A stretch of 63,925 bases of DNA, filler included, from Aduncisulcus paluster (lineage: Eukaryota), in the NCBI GenBank assembly GCA_024181965.1. It is 6 parts of 6 records of this genome, joined end to end, with 100 filler letters (N's around TTAATTAATTAA, not from the genome) between each part and the next. Parts side by side here need not be neighbours in the genome. Positions count along the whole stretch, not along the records: positions 25,074 to 38,324 come from BQXS01010866.1; 5 more parts are not named here. One strand, written 5' to 3'. A program made the position numbers and the translations under genes. A model generated the notes under the pieces. The model was not told the origin of the DNA and ran no database searches. It was given only the letters and a program-made list of their open reading frames with translations. The first letter of the stretch is position 1. Each line of letters starts with the position of its first letter. Below, in pieces: positions 25,255 to 35,514 of the stretch.

Positions 25255-28200
25255 ATGGTAAAAACTGGTATTATTCACCTTTCCTCAAGCGATTTTTCTC
25301 CCTTGTGTATTCTTCAGTCAAATGAAGATAATAATCATCTTCTAGTGGAACATAAAGATGATCCGTTTGATATACGTGTTTTTATCCAACATAAAATTAC
25401 AGATCCATCAACTAAGAGGGAAGTGGAAAAAAAGGCTAAATTTCTCGCTTCATTTTCAGACCATCATCAAGTTGGACACCGATTCCGAAAATATATTGGG
25501 AACATTGATGAATCTTCCCCAGATGTATTAGGGATTTGTGTTGGATTTTGTGACTCATCTTTATTGTCATTCGCAAAGTCTTGGTGCTTAACTTCGAGTG
25601 GGACCTTTGATCCAAACAAAGTTGTAATCTTGAGTTTTGAACTACTTGATTGTATTATTGAGGTTTTTGAAAATTCTCCAGAACACTTTGTTTTAAACAG
25701 CCCAGATGCGTTTCTCATGAAATATGACACCAAATGGCGCTTAGTTCTTGATGTCGATTCCTCTATTCCCAATCCTTCCTCTTATGTTTCATCTCACACT
25801 TCGATGATTTCCTTTCAAAACCTCGCTTTTATCCCCCCCGAAACTTTGCAATATAACAATTATTTGCCAAGTCGCAGTATAGCATGGACACTCGGCTTGC
25901 TCCTTTGGTCTTTATTTAATGAATGCGAGATCCCGTACCTTAGCGATCCGTCTGTTTCCAAATATCTCAATGACAACATGAAATGCACCCCAGAACACTC
26001 TGAAACAGCATTCAAGGCTTTGCAGACCCGTATTTGTGAAGGAGAAATTCTAGATTTTTCAGAATCACCCCTTTTGAAAGCCTTAGAAGCCAAGGGGGGA
26101 GCCTATGTTGAAGTGTCAAGATCTCTCACTGAGATTTACAACTTACTTGTGCACAAAGATTTTCACAAACGCATTTCTGTGCCTGTTGGAGCTGCATCAT
26201 CCAACCCATTTTCAATTATTAAGAATTTAAAAGGGGAGATCGCTCACCTGTATGCTCGGTTTCCATCAGTCAGTTCCGGATTCAAACCCCCTCCCACCAC
26301 CAAGCTTATATCCCGTCAGCTTGATGCATTTGATGGCAATCCCGGGATCTTTGGTGAAATTACTAAGGCTAATTACATCAGTTCGGAGAAAGTTCTTCCC
26401 TTTTCACACCCTTCCATCGCTCCCCTGTCTGAATTAAGTCGACATGTTGAGTCTACCATTCACGATCTCCCGTGTCTCGAGTGTTTCTGCCAAGGTGGCG
26501 ACCAGCACATTCAGTTCTCCTCCATGAAGTTATCATTTGTTGGCACTCCTTCTCTTAAGGGGTTCAGATTTAAAGTAACGGGCGATCGAATTCCACATTT
26601 CTTGTCCTTTACTTTCACAAGAGCTTCAGGGACTAAACTTTCCATTCTATGTTCAACGGAGAAGGCCCGACAGAATGCGACATATTTTGTTCCATTCAAG
26701 GTTGATCGCGTTAATTATTGTGAAATTAAGTGTATATCAACATGGTATTGCTCAGATCCAAAGCCAGAATGCAGATTTGATTCCCTCCAGTTTATTTTGA
26801 CCGCAAAAGAAGCTACTTTAGCTGAGGAAGAGCGCACTAAGTTCCTTTCCGAGCGCGATAAATGTGTGATTCCATGTGGCTTTGTGCCAAATAGAACATA
26901 TAAATCCCCCCTTATTCCGCTTGATTCTCCCTCGACAATCAAGATCCCAAAAGGTAAAATTACAGCAAATCTTGCTCACAAAACCCGTCTTTTCACTGTT
27001 CAAGATTGTCTTGTTGGAAAAACTAGAGCTAAATTTTTCTCTATTACACTCCCAATGCCTGCTGCTTGCCATGTTGGTGCCATTCATCTATATTCTAACC
27101 CTGCCAACAATGGAGTTCGATTCTTAGATGTTGAGCTCAAGTTCAGTGGAGGTTCGACTATCACGAAGGTATTCAATTTCCCAGAGAGCAAGGAAGGGTG
27201 GTTTGTTCTTCCAATCAATGAAAAAAGCATTGTGAGTTGCACTATCAAATCTATTGAATCATGCACTGGGCTGAAATGGAGTGAAATCGCAGCTCTCTCC
27301 GTTATCTCACCTCCAGCACCTACTCCGACGCCACCAGTGGCTTCACCCAGTACACCAAGCAGGAAGAAGAAAACCCCAGATTTGCCTGTTATTTCTTCCT
27401 TGTCCGGAATATCTTCAAAATGTATTATCGGAAAAGGTGCGTTCGGAGATGCTATTCTCGTTGAGTTAGTTGATTTATACGGCGTAAAAGAGACTCAATT
27501 CGCCGTTTTAAAACGGTTGCAAGCAACAAAGATTCAAGAAGGTGATTGTTTTGTTAAGTCAATGAAAAAAGAATCGAAGACACAACTTAAACTTTTCAAC
27601 GCCTGTCCTGATCGTATTCCCAAGCCACTCTATATCCTTGACATTATCCCCCCTTCCAACCCTTCTTCACGTGTTTATGGGATCATGATGGAGTATTGTA
27701 AAGGACTGAGTGTGAAAGAGTTCACTAAGACCTGGGCACGTGACAAAAAAGGAAACGGATATGATCCTTTGAAATTGGCCTCAGTTTCAATGCAAATGAT
27801 TCTTTGTCTTGCTGAAATATCAGAGAAGGCCTCGAAGAGGAGTCTTGTTCATCGAGACATTAAACCTGAAAATTTCCTTGTTCGTGTTGATGATAGAAAT
27901 TGTTGTAAAGTTGTTCTGGCGGACTTTGGACTTGCAACTGTCAGAGATTCTCTTTCCAAAAGCTCACTCCATGTTCCTGTTGCGAGAGATTTGGACAAAG
28001 AAAAGGAGTATGATGACAAGGGCAAAGAAGAAAAGAAGAAAATCACAGGCACCATCAAATACAATGCCCCAGAAGGGTTGTCAAGAGGGTGTTATAATTC
28101 CGCCAGTGATCTGTTTTCTTTGGCGATTTCTATCTATTCCATGTTCAACCATGAACTTGAACCACCCCCTTATCATGGTTGTTACACTCCTACTGACCTC

Positions 28201-28581
28201 TTAAGTTATCTAAAGAAACACGGAGCTCCCGATATCACACGTCTTCCGAAGTTTTTGGAGCTCAAGAAGGCTCACAAGAATGGAGTTCAGTTATTCTCTA
28301 CTCTTGAATACATATACCATGAATTGACAATCATTAACGAAAAAGAGCGTACAATGACCATTAAAGAGGCTAAAAGCTTGGTATATGAAGTGATCCACCT
28401 TGTTCCAAATCTGCTTCCTTACGATGGTTGGGTGTGCCCTTCCACTGATCGTCTCATTGATAAATTGCTGGACGAACACGGAAATGTCTCAATTGTTCCA
28501 CCTGACGAAGACGAAGAGGAAGAGGAGGAGGAAGAGGAAGATGGGGGGGAATTGAAAGTTCCTGGCCCAATCAATTGGTGA
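25255..28581 (+). CDS. Tandem kinase: N-terminal pseudokinase, two ~150-aa beta modules, C-terminal Ser/Thr kinase
   Basis: C-terminal GKGAFG, AVLK, HRDIKPEN, DFG, YNAPE, SDLFSL; the N-terminal part keeps FIPPE..SIAWTLGLLLWSLF but lacks HRD and DFG. Confidence 0.88.
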   Translation: MVKTGIIHLSSSDFSPLCILQSNEDNNHLLVEHKDDPFDIRVFIQHKITDPSTKREVEKKAKFLASFSDHHQVGHRFRKYIGNIDESSPDVLGICVGFCDSSLLSFAKSWCLTSSGTFDPNKVVILSFELLDCIIEVFENSPEHFVLNSPDAFLMKYDTKWRLVLDVDSSIPNPSSYVSSHTSMISFQNLAFIPPETLQYNNYLPSRSIAWTLGLLLWSLFNECEIPYLSDPSVSKYLNDNMKCTPEHSETAFKALQTRICEGEILDFSESPLLKALEAKGGAYVEVSRSLTEIYNLLVHKDFHKRISVPVGAASSNPFSIIKNLKGEIAHLYARFPSVSSGFKPPPTTKLISRQLDAFDGNPGIFGEITKANYISSEKVLPFSHPSIAPLSELSRHVESTIHDLPCLECFCQGGDQHIQFSSMKLSFVGTPSLKGFRFKVTGDRIPHFLSFTFTRASGTKLSILCSTEKARQNATYFVPFKVDRVNYCEIKCISTWYCSDPKPECRFDSLQFILTAKEATLAEEERTKFLSERDKCVIPCGFVPNRTYKSPLIPLDSPSTIKIPKGKITANLAHKTRLFTVQDCLVGKTRAKFFSITLPMPAACHVGAIHLYSNPANNGVRFLDVELKFSGGSTITKVFNFPESKEGWFVLPINEKSIVSCTIKSIESCTGLKWSEIAALSVISPPAPTPTPPVASPSTPSRKKKTPDLPVISSLSGISSKCIIGKGAFGDAILVELVDLYGVKETQFAVLKRLQATKIQEGDCFVKSMKKESKTQLKLFNACPDRIPKPLYILDIIPPSNPSSRVYGIMMEYCKGLSVKEFTKTWARDKKGNGYDPLKLASVSMQMILCLAEISEKASKRSLVHRDIKPENFLVRVDDRNCCKVVLADFGLATVRDSLSKSSLHVPVARDLDKEKEYDDKGKEEKKKITGTIKYNAPEGLSRGCYNSASDLFSLAISIYSMFNHELEPPPYHGCYTPTDLLSYLKKHGAPDITRLPKFLELKKAHKNGVQLFSTLEYIYHELTIINEKERTMTIKEAKSLVYEVIHLVPNLLPYDGWVCPSTDRLIDKLLDEHGNVSIVPPDEDEEEEEEEEEDGGELKVPGPINW

Positions 28582-28980
28582 TGATTTATGATTGATATGA
28601 TTTGAATAATTTGATGGCGAACATAATTGTTTTTGATATTCTATATTGTTTACCACAATGTTATCCTATTGGTTTTGTATATCGTTATACTATTGGTTTT
28701 GTGGCGATTCTTTCCCATTAAATTGTTGTTGTATAACCCCACATGTTCAATAAAACATTTTGAATGTTAAAAGATCGGCATCAGCCGAAGAACCGGTATA
28801 AACCGTTGGAGAATTTCCTGCGCGTATAATGAGGTTAGCCACATAAATATGTAAAAATAGACAAAAATAAAATACTGAACATTAACATTTCTGAATTATT
28901 GTGCTTTTCATTTCACTTCATAGATTCGTGGCTGTGATTTTTCTACATGGCGCTTTTTGTAACACACAATTAATTCATAA

Positions 28981-30606
28981 ATGAAAATATATCCCATTAC
29001 GACAATATTACTTATTTTTACATGTGGTTTAACTCTCCTTGTGGATATTGATGTTTTTGATCCTAATACTTTTTATTTATCATGGGGTAAGGTGTTCCAT
29101 GGAGAAATTCACAGGTTATTCACATCTATCTTATATGCAGGAGAGCTAAACATTGGTTTTTTGATTAGGATATTATTATTTGCCAATTCTATCTATAAAT
29201 TAGAAAGTGAAGCATATTCTGGAAAGAGAGTTCGCTTTTTGATTTTATTATGCTATTCATGGTTATCCATTCTATTTATTTCTGTGTTTTTTCCATTGAA
29301 ATTGTTCTATTTTGATGTATTTGAGCCATTAATCCTCTATGTGTGGTCGAAGCTTCGTCCTAATGTTCTTCTTGCGCTTTTGGGAATTTTAACATTCCCC
29401 GCTACTGCTCTTCCCTATGTTAATATCATTTTAAACTTGGTTTCTGGAAAAGCTATCCTCCCTTTAATTATTGGGGACGTTCTCGGTCATCTGTACTTCC
29501 TTTCTGAATTTGTATTTCCGAGATTATTTAAGCTTCCTTCTGAGCCAATCAATGAAGCAGAAGATGAAGCAGAAAATGAAGCCTCTGAATACGAAGAGGA
29601 AGAAGAAGAAGTTGAGATCCAAGGAGGGCATGTCACTGGTTCTACAGTTTCTCATCCTGATATTTCTGCCCCCTTGAGTAATTCCAGGGAGCATGAACAT
29701 CGTGAACAACGTGTTAAACTCGAGCAAAAAGGATTGATTGGAGTGAGGTCACTATCAGATCCCATTGACACTTCTCTCGTTGGAGGTGGTGATCTTTACT
29801 CCTCCCGCTCTGATGTAGCCCCAAACATGGACGATCTTGGCGAGGATATTGAGATTGAGAGCGATGAGAGTGAGGATATCATGGATGTTGGAGACAGTAA
29901 TGCCAAACCAGACGATGTCCCCATCCATATTGATGTGGTTTCTGGTCACCATCCTGCTGATCCTTCAAGAACTTCTGCTGTCCAAGATGATTCTCGTCAT
30001 CCTCGTGAAGCCGATACGATTACTCCTTCATCACGCCCAGATATGATTCTTGATGATGACGATGGCATTGATGATATGGAAGATATCTCCATATCTCACA
30101 CAAGAGAGGCTCCACGTGGATTCTTCAAGACAATCATTGATAGATTCACTCAGAACACCTCCTCTTCCTCTTCCTCTTCCTCTTCTTCTTCCACAATGAC
30201 ATATGGTTCCTCTGGCAGTCCTGTTGCTTTCAAGGGAGGCTCACATGTAGTCGTTAACGAAAGGAAAGTGCTGGATACAATTGTCAGGGATTCGATGAAA
30301 GAGCATGAACTCGACGATGTAGACGACGGAGACAGACAGGGCGACCTGGATGATCTTGGCGTCAAGCCTATTTCAAGCACCCACAGTGAGGATGAAATGA
30401 GGAAAATAACCGTATCAATCCCACAAGAAGGCGGAGAGAAGGGGCCTCAGAGAGTCCTTTCGTTTGAAGACGATGAAATGTTCGTTTCTGGCCGAGAAAG
30501 TGCCGCCATGTCAGCGACAACAAGTATGGCGGAAAGCGATTCAAAGTATTTCAAGAGGAGAGAGCAATCAAAAGATACGACAGAGGATGAAATAGAAAGA
30601 ATGTAA
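28981..30606 (+). CDS. Derlin (Der1-like rhomboid pseudoprotease) with a long acidic C-terminal tail
   Basis: PIT..., EIHRLFTS (WR-motif position), YKLE, LYVWSKLRP, FPATALPYV, IIGDVLGHLYF (GxxxGH); several hydrophobic segments in the first ~185 aa. Confidence 0.85.
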   Translation: MKIYPITTILLIFTCGLTLLVDIDVFDPNTFYLSWGKVFHGEIHRLFTSILYAGELNIGFLIRILLFANSIYKLESEAYSGKRVRFLILLCYSWLSILFISVFFPLKLFYFDVFEPLILYVWSKLRPNVLLALLGILTFPATALPYVNIILNLVSGKAILPLIIGDVLGHLYFLSEFVFPRLFKLPSEPINEAEDEAENEASEYEEEEEEVEIQGGHVTGSTVSHPDISAPLSNSREHEHREQRVKLEQKGLIGVRSLSDPIDTSLVGGGDLYSSRSDVAPNMDDLGEDIEIESDESEDIMDVGDSNAKPDDVPIHIDVVSGHHPADPSRTSAVQDDSRHPREADTITPSSRPDMILDDDDGIDDMEDISISHTREAPRGFFKTIIDRFTQNTSSSSSSSSSSSTMTYGSSGSPVAFKGGSHVVVNERKVLDTIVRDSMKEHELDDVDDGDRQGDLDDLGVKPISSTHSEDEMRKITVSIPQEGGEKGPQRVLSFEDDEMFVSGRESAAMSATTSMAESDSKYFKRREQSKDTTEDEIERM

Positions 30607-31089
30607 TGAAAGTGGGGAAGATCGAAAGATCCGTCTCTCTCTGTCTAAGTTCAATGTGAATTATACTATCACATGAGATAGAAAATGGTGAGTTAAGAGT
30701 GTAATTTGACGTTATATGCGCTTTTTTGCTTGTATTATGTCTTTGTTCTTTGATGACACCAACAATCTGCATCTCTCGGACAATTCTTTGCCAATTCTCA
30801 TATGATTATTTGACAGCATTCATTGGCCAAAATATAAATACAAAATAATGAAAAAAATCTATTTCTTTGATTTATTAATAGATTAAAACTTATTTTTGAC
30901 ACAAAAGCAAAACAACTCTCTCTCTGGAGATTGTCAATATTTGATTGATATTTACGAACATATATCATAAATAAAGTTATTTTATTGTTGATTTTTGATC
31001 GCTTTATAAGTTTTTATTCATTATTTTTGTGGCTAAATTTGTAAAATGCAATTTTGTCCCAATTTAAATTAGTTATTGAAATATTTAAC

Positions 31090-34000
31090 ATGGATTTTAC
31101 CGCAGAAGAGTTATCTAAATTGAGTGAAGAAGAATTATTGGCTCTACTTACACAAGTTCGATTATTACAAGATGAAGCTTCTAAATTTGAAACTAATCCG
31201 AAAATTCCAAAAAAATTGACTAAAAAATCTAAAAAGAATAAGTTGAAACATAAAAAAGCCATTGATATTGAAAAAAAGTTATCATCTCTTGCGGAATCAA
31301 TTGCCATTACAATCTGTGATATTCCGAAAACAAAGAAAACTAAAAGTATATTCAGTGATTCAATGATAACTAAACGCCATGATATCGACACTTCAATCCA
31401 TCAAAGTGATGATAGAATTGCCGAACATAAACATATCACCTCCACATTCATTCAAGATCCTTCAGGCCTTTATTCTCAAGACTTACAAAAAGAATCATCT
31501 TCTTTCCCTCCATTATCTTCTGCCCAATCGATTCAATCAACTCTTAAATCTCATAATAATACTCTTGGTAGCCATACTTCTTTGTTACCTCGGGCAAGTA
31601 CTCCACCGCCGACCCATTCGTTGTCTCCATCGATTGAAGAGGAGAAAGAGGATATTATGCATACCTTAGCTAGTCGGAAGCATCAACCCATTCCGTCCAA
31701 ACAACAACAAAGTCGGAACTCCATTTCTCAACATGAAGAATCAAAAATAGATTTCTCTTTGCAACCTGATACGTCATTCTCATCTAAGAATCCAATTATA
31801 GAACATTCTCAGATTTCTACGGACATGATATCTTCAATTCTTCTTGAAACGTTACCGAGTGTCATTTCTCCACCCTCGCTTGACGAATTAGCTCAAATTG
31901 AAGCCGAAGAACGTAAAAAATATAGTATAAAGAAATTATCTTCACAAAAAGAATCATTATCTGATCATCGAGAAGGAGAAAAACATCACCCATCATCAAC
32001 TCTAAAACATTACACAAACAAATTAATCGAATCATCAGCAAAGAAAACGCCATCAAAATCGCTACTGCCAAAGCATAACAGACCAAAACAGTCTCATAAA
32101 AAACGTGTCAAAAAATCGTCCCATGTATCCAAGAAAGAATCTAAATTACCTACATCTTCTGATTCCTTTTCGAGTGCGACAGAAATATTTGAGAAACTTC
32201 GTTCTTTGCAACAAACTCTTCAGTCTTCAACTTCACATCCAACCACCACACATGACACTAAAGAAGATGCAGAACAACAACACCCTTCCCTTTCACATTA
32301 TTCAGGTTCTATTTTTAGCTCTATCGGTGTCACTGATACCCCTATTTCAAGATACAAAGCCAGGACGAGAGAAAAGAAGACACATATTCATATCTCTTCA
32401 GATCAGTCAAGTCCAGGATTAAATCATAATAGAATAGAATCATCACAATCACAATTACAAACACAATCACAATCACAATTGCAATCACAATCGTTGTTCG
32501 ATCTTTCTAAATCTGACCTCTCTCCAACGGTTCCATCTTCCTTAGTTTCTCAGTCAAATCTTTCACATGTGGAAAATGAGGAGGGGCTTCTTCAAGATAT
32601 TTATAGATCTAAGGAGATTGACACATCTCTAAATTCCAAGAAGAAACCTGTTCTGGAAATGATCCAAGATTTGATTTCCTCCACTCTTATTGAAGAAGAA
32701 GAAGAACATTCGCAGGTTTCACGAATTCGTGGCCATGAACAAGAGATTCAGACCACTCCTTCCTTGCTTAGATCCTCTCTGAGAAGCATTGGAGAAGACC
32801 CAACAAAAGAGTTGCTTGAGCAAAAGGAAGAAGAAGAAGAGCAAAAAGAGGAAGAAGAGCAAGAAGAGCAAGAAAGGGAGGAAGAGGAAGAGGAAGAGGA
32901 AGAGGAAGAGGAAGAAGGCGATACTCAAGAGCAAGAAGGTGATACCCAAGAGAAACAAGAAGAGTCAGTGGAAGAAAATGAACATAGTTTTTCCCATGAT
33001 GATAATGAGACCCATGACGATGACTTATCTGAGCATGTTCATCCTAAAATACCTCATTCTATTGCTGAATCATTCTCAATGACTCATTTATTCTCAATAA
33101 TTCCAGACAATCCCCAATCAGTGTTATCTTTGTCTCACGTTGCACAGCATATCGGCACTTCCTCTCAAGAAAAAGAGGAAATAACACATTCAATAAGAGC
33201 TGATGAAGCTTTGAATGCGGTCAAACCATCGTCTGAGACTGAGCTTGGTTCCACTAGAAATGATATGAAGACACAGTATCCATTCCAGCTTTTCCAAACA
33301 ACGTTATTTATTCCGCGGAATGAGGAGAAAAGGTGTGTGTGTGATCAACTCCACACTCAGGGAGGTTTTAGTCATCTTTGTCCTGCTCTTCAACTGACTG
33401 AGTTCCAGGAACTCACTTCTTTGACGACAATGTTTGACCATTCGGTAAAGAAAGATGAAATGACTGTATATTCGTTCTATCTCCGTGAGTGTCAGCGTGT
33501 TATTCGGAAAACTCACATTGCTTTGCTCACTGCCACCAAAAATATCTCGCTAAAACCTACAGAGTATTGTTCAGCATCCATTCCATCACATAACCATATT
33601 CGTACTGATGCCTTGACCTCTCTGTGTTCTCGAATCCCCAAAGAATGCTCTGCAGTTCATGCATACGCTTTGTTGGGTATTATTACGGCCTCTTTGTGTG
33701 GAAATGACAGTTACTACGCCTTAGAAATGCTTCAATACGCCTTTCCAAATGAGGCTGCGGAAGATCAATCATCATCTCTACCACTTGAAGATGAAACCCT
33801 TATTGAAAGAGAAGTTATTCTTCTGCTCTCCAATTGTGTGAAAGTCTGTGGATCAGTTGGAACTTCGATGAAGGAAATATACGAGAATAGGAGGAAGAGG
33901 AGGAGGCGAAAGACAAAGAAAACATCTATTTTAGATGATTCATCTTTGTCGAGATCATCTTTCCTGAAATCTGAAGGGTTTACTGCCGATGTAAGTGATT

Positions 34001-35058
34001 TTCGTGAATCTCTTCCTGTCCCTGATACTTCCATGGGAAATACATGCTTTTTGGAGTCTCCTGATTTGAAGAAAAAACATGATGGTGATAAAGAAGAAGT
34101 ATTGGCTACAAAGATTCCACCACGGCCACCAATTCATTCCCAAGCACAGCAGCATAGCCTAGAATCTATCTCTAAATGTGAAGATGATTCCAATACTCCC
34201 CATCGAAGCATGCTTACATTACTATCCACTTATATTCAGAATTTATCATCGTCCATCTCTAACAATGCATCATCCATGCTGAAAAGTATTGAAACTATTC
34301 ATAAATATATGGATTCAAAGTGTGGAATTGCTATCCTTCTCCCCTTTTCACCGATTTTTCTTGTTGTTTATTCATGTTGTTTGACATGTCTTATGATTCT
34401 TCGTCTCACTCCGGGGACATATCATCTTGACATTTGTAGGGATTCAGAAGAGGAACGTCGTCTCTGGAAACAAGTTCAAATGGCTTCAACATCCTCTCCC
34501 TCACTTCTATCAAGAGAGACAAGTGTGACAACAATAGTGGGAAGTAAGGAATCAGAAGAAGAGGAGTCAATTTCTCTTTCTCTCCATCAGCAAAGTGAGA
34601 TCAAGAAAGATAAAGATCCTTCCTTGGATCTTTCTCTCTCATACTCGGCATCTGAACTTCATGATCAGGTCATAATGTTAATGCATTTGGCAATGAATAG
34701 TAATAGAGAGGTTTCAAGATTCAAGGAAAGGCTCGAATCTTTGGAAGAAGGTGGATCGAATCCATTTTCTCACTCTATTGCAATTGTTGACCATTATTTT
34801 TCTCACCTTTCAAACATTTTGTCAGCAACTATGCGAATCCTTGTCTCCATCTCGTCTTTGCCAAATATTCCATGTGCTTGCGCTCTTTGCATTTTCCTGT
34901 GTGTTCATACGATTCTTGTGCGTTTTACAAGACAAAAACAGATTTGTGAGAAGCTTGGTGTTGGCGTTTTGGACGAACTTTCTGACAGGGAAAGCCAATT
35001 GAAATCTCAGGCAAAATTTATTCTTGATAATATCTCCGAGCATTCACTCGGAATTTGA
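31090..35058 (+). CDS. Large hypothetical protein; Ser/Glu/Lys-rich N-terminal half, helical Cys/Leu-rich C-terminal half
   Basis: Uninterrupted ORF of about 1320 codons, first ATG at 31090; no family recognised. Confidence 0.75.
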   Translation: MDFTAEELSKLSEEELLALLTQVRLLQDEASKFETNPKIPKKLTKKSKKNKLKHKKAIDIEKKLSSLAESIAITICDIPKTKKTKSIFSDSMITKRHDIDTSIHQSDDRIAEHKHITSTFIQDPSGLYSQDLQKESSSFPPLSSAQSIQSTLKSHNNTLGSHTSLLPRASTPPPTHSLSPSIEEEKEDIMHTLASRKHQPIPSKQQQSRNSISQHEESKIDFSLQPDTSFSSKNPIIEHSQISTDMISSILLETLPSVISPPSLDELAQIEAEERKKYSIKKLSSQKESLSDHREGEKHHPSSTLKHYTNKLIESSAKKTPSKSLLPKHNRPKQSHKKRVKKSSHVSKKESKLPTSSDSFSSATEIFEKLRSLQQTLQSSTSHPTTTHDTKEDAEQQHPSLSHYSGSIFSSIGVTDTPISRYKARTREKKTHIHISSDQSSPGLNHNRIESSQSQLQTQSQSQLQSQSLFDLSKSDLSPTVPSSLVSQSNLSHVENEEGLLQDIYRSKEIDTSLNSKKKPVLEMIQDLISSTLIEEEEEHSQVSRIRGHEQEIQTTPSLLRSSLRSIGEDPTKELLEQKEEEEEQKEEEEQEEQEREEEEEEEEEEEEEGDTQEQEGDTQEKQEESVEENEHSFSHDDNETHDDDLSEHVHPKIPHSIAESFSMTHLFSIIPDNPQSVLSLSHVAQHIGTSSQEKEEITHSIRADEALNAVKPSSETELGSTRNDMKTQYPFQLFQTTLFIPRNEEKRCVCDQLHTQGGFSHLCPALQLTEFQELTSLTTMFDHSVKKDEMTVYSFYLRECQRVIRKTHIALLTATKNISLKPTEYCSASIPSHNHIRTDALTSLCSRIPKECSAVHAYALLGIITASLCGNDSYYALEMLQYAFPNEAAEDQSSSLPLEDETLIEREVILLLSNCVKVCGSVGTSMKEIYENRRKRRRRKTKKTSILDDSSLSRSSFLKSEGFTADVSDFRESLPVPDTSMGNTCFLESPDLKKKHDGDKEEVLATKIPPRPPIHSQAQQHSLESISKCEDDSNTPHRSMLTLLSTYIQNLSSSISNNASSMLKSIETIHKYMDSKCGIAILLPFSPIFLVVYSCCLTCLMILRLTPGTYHLDICRDSEEERRLWKQVQMASTSSPSLLSRETSVTTIVGSKESEEEESISLSLHQQSEIKKDKDPSLDLSLSYSASELHDQVIMLMHLAMNSNREVSRFKERLESLEEGGSNPFSHSIAIVDHYFSHLSNILSATMRILVSISSLPNIPCACALCIFLCVHTILVRFTRQKQICEKLGVGVLDELSDRESQLKSQAKFILDNISEHSLGI

Positions 35059-35119
35059 ATTGAAGGAAATGGAACCCATAGTGAAGAAAAATGTCGAAAT
35101 CGATTCTCTTATTTTAATT

Positions 35120-35298
35120 CGAGGTGAAGAAAGATATTGACCACGATAGTGGCGTAGCAAATTTAGGAGGTAGTGATCGGTACAACCGGGGAATGTTGGT
35201 TACCATCACATCAAAGTAAGTATTCCGGTTCCAACCCGTTTCACCCTTCACCGTAGTCATTTGGAGGCAAACAAAAGCAAAAAAAAAAAAAAAAAAAA
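35120..35298. ncRNA. Candidate structured small RNA (minimal U1-like on the minus strand, or Pol III/SINE-like on the plus strand)
   Basis: GC-rich island between convergent genes; hairpins 35140-35153 and 35173-35209; minus strand ATACTTAC at 35223 and AAATTTG at 35164-35158; plus strand A-box-like and B-box-like motifs and an A20 tail. Confidence 0.3.
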
Positions 35299-35514
35299 TC
35301 TTAAATTGAAATAAATTGATAAATAATAATATATTTTGACTTATTGGTCGTAATTCCTAATTAGAAATAGATAATAGTCTGTGGAGGACACGGAGGATGA
35401 TGGAGGGTTTGAATCTTATGGGAAGAGTAGAAACTTCAAACAACCTAGTCATGTTTTGATGTATCTACTCTGTACTATCATACATGGCAATGATTGTCAA
35501 CAAAATGAAGATGA

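Noticed and set aside
35143-35250. tRNA gene
   Set aside because: A-box-like and B-box-like motifs are present, but no acceptor stem or anticodon arm can be formed.
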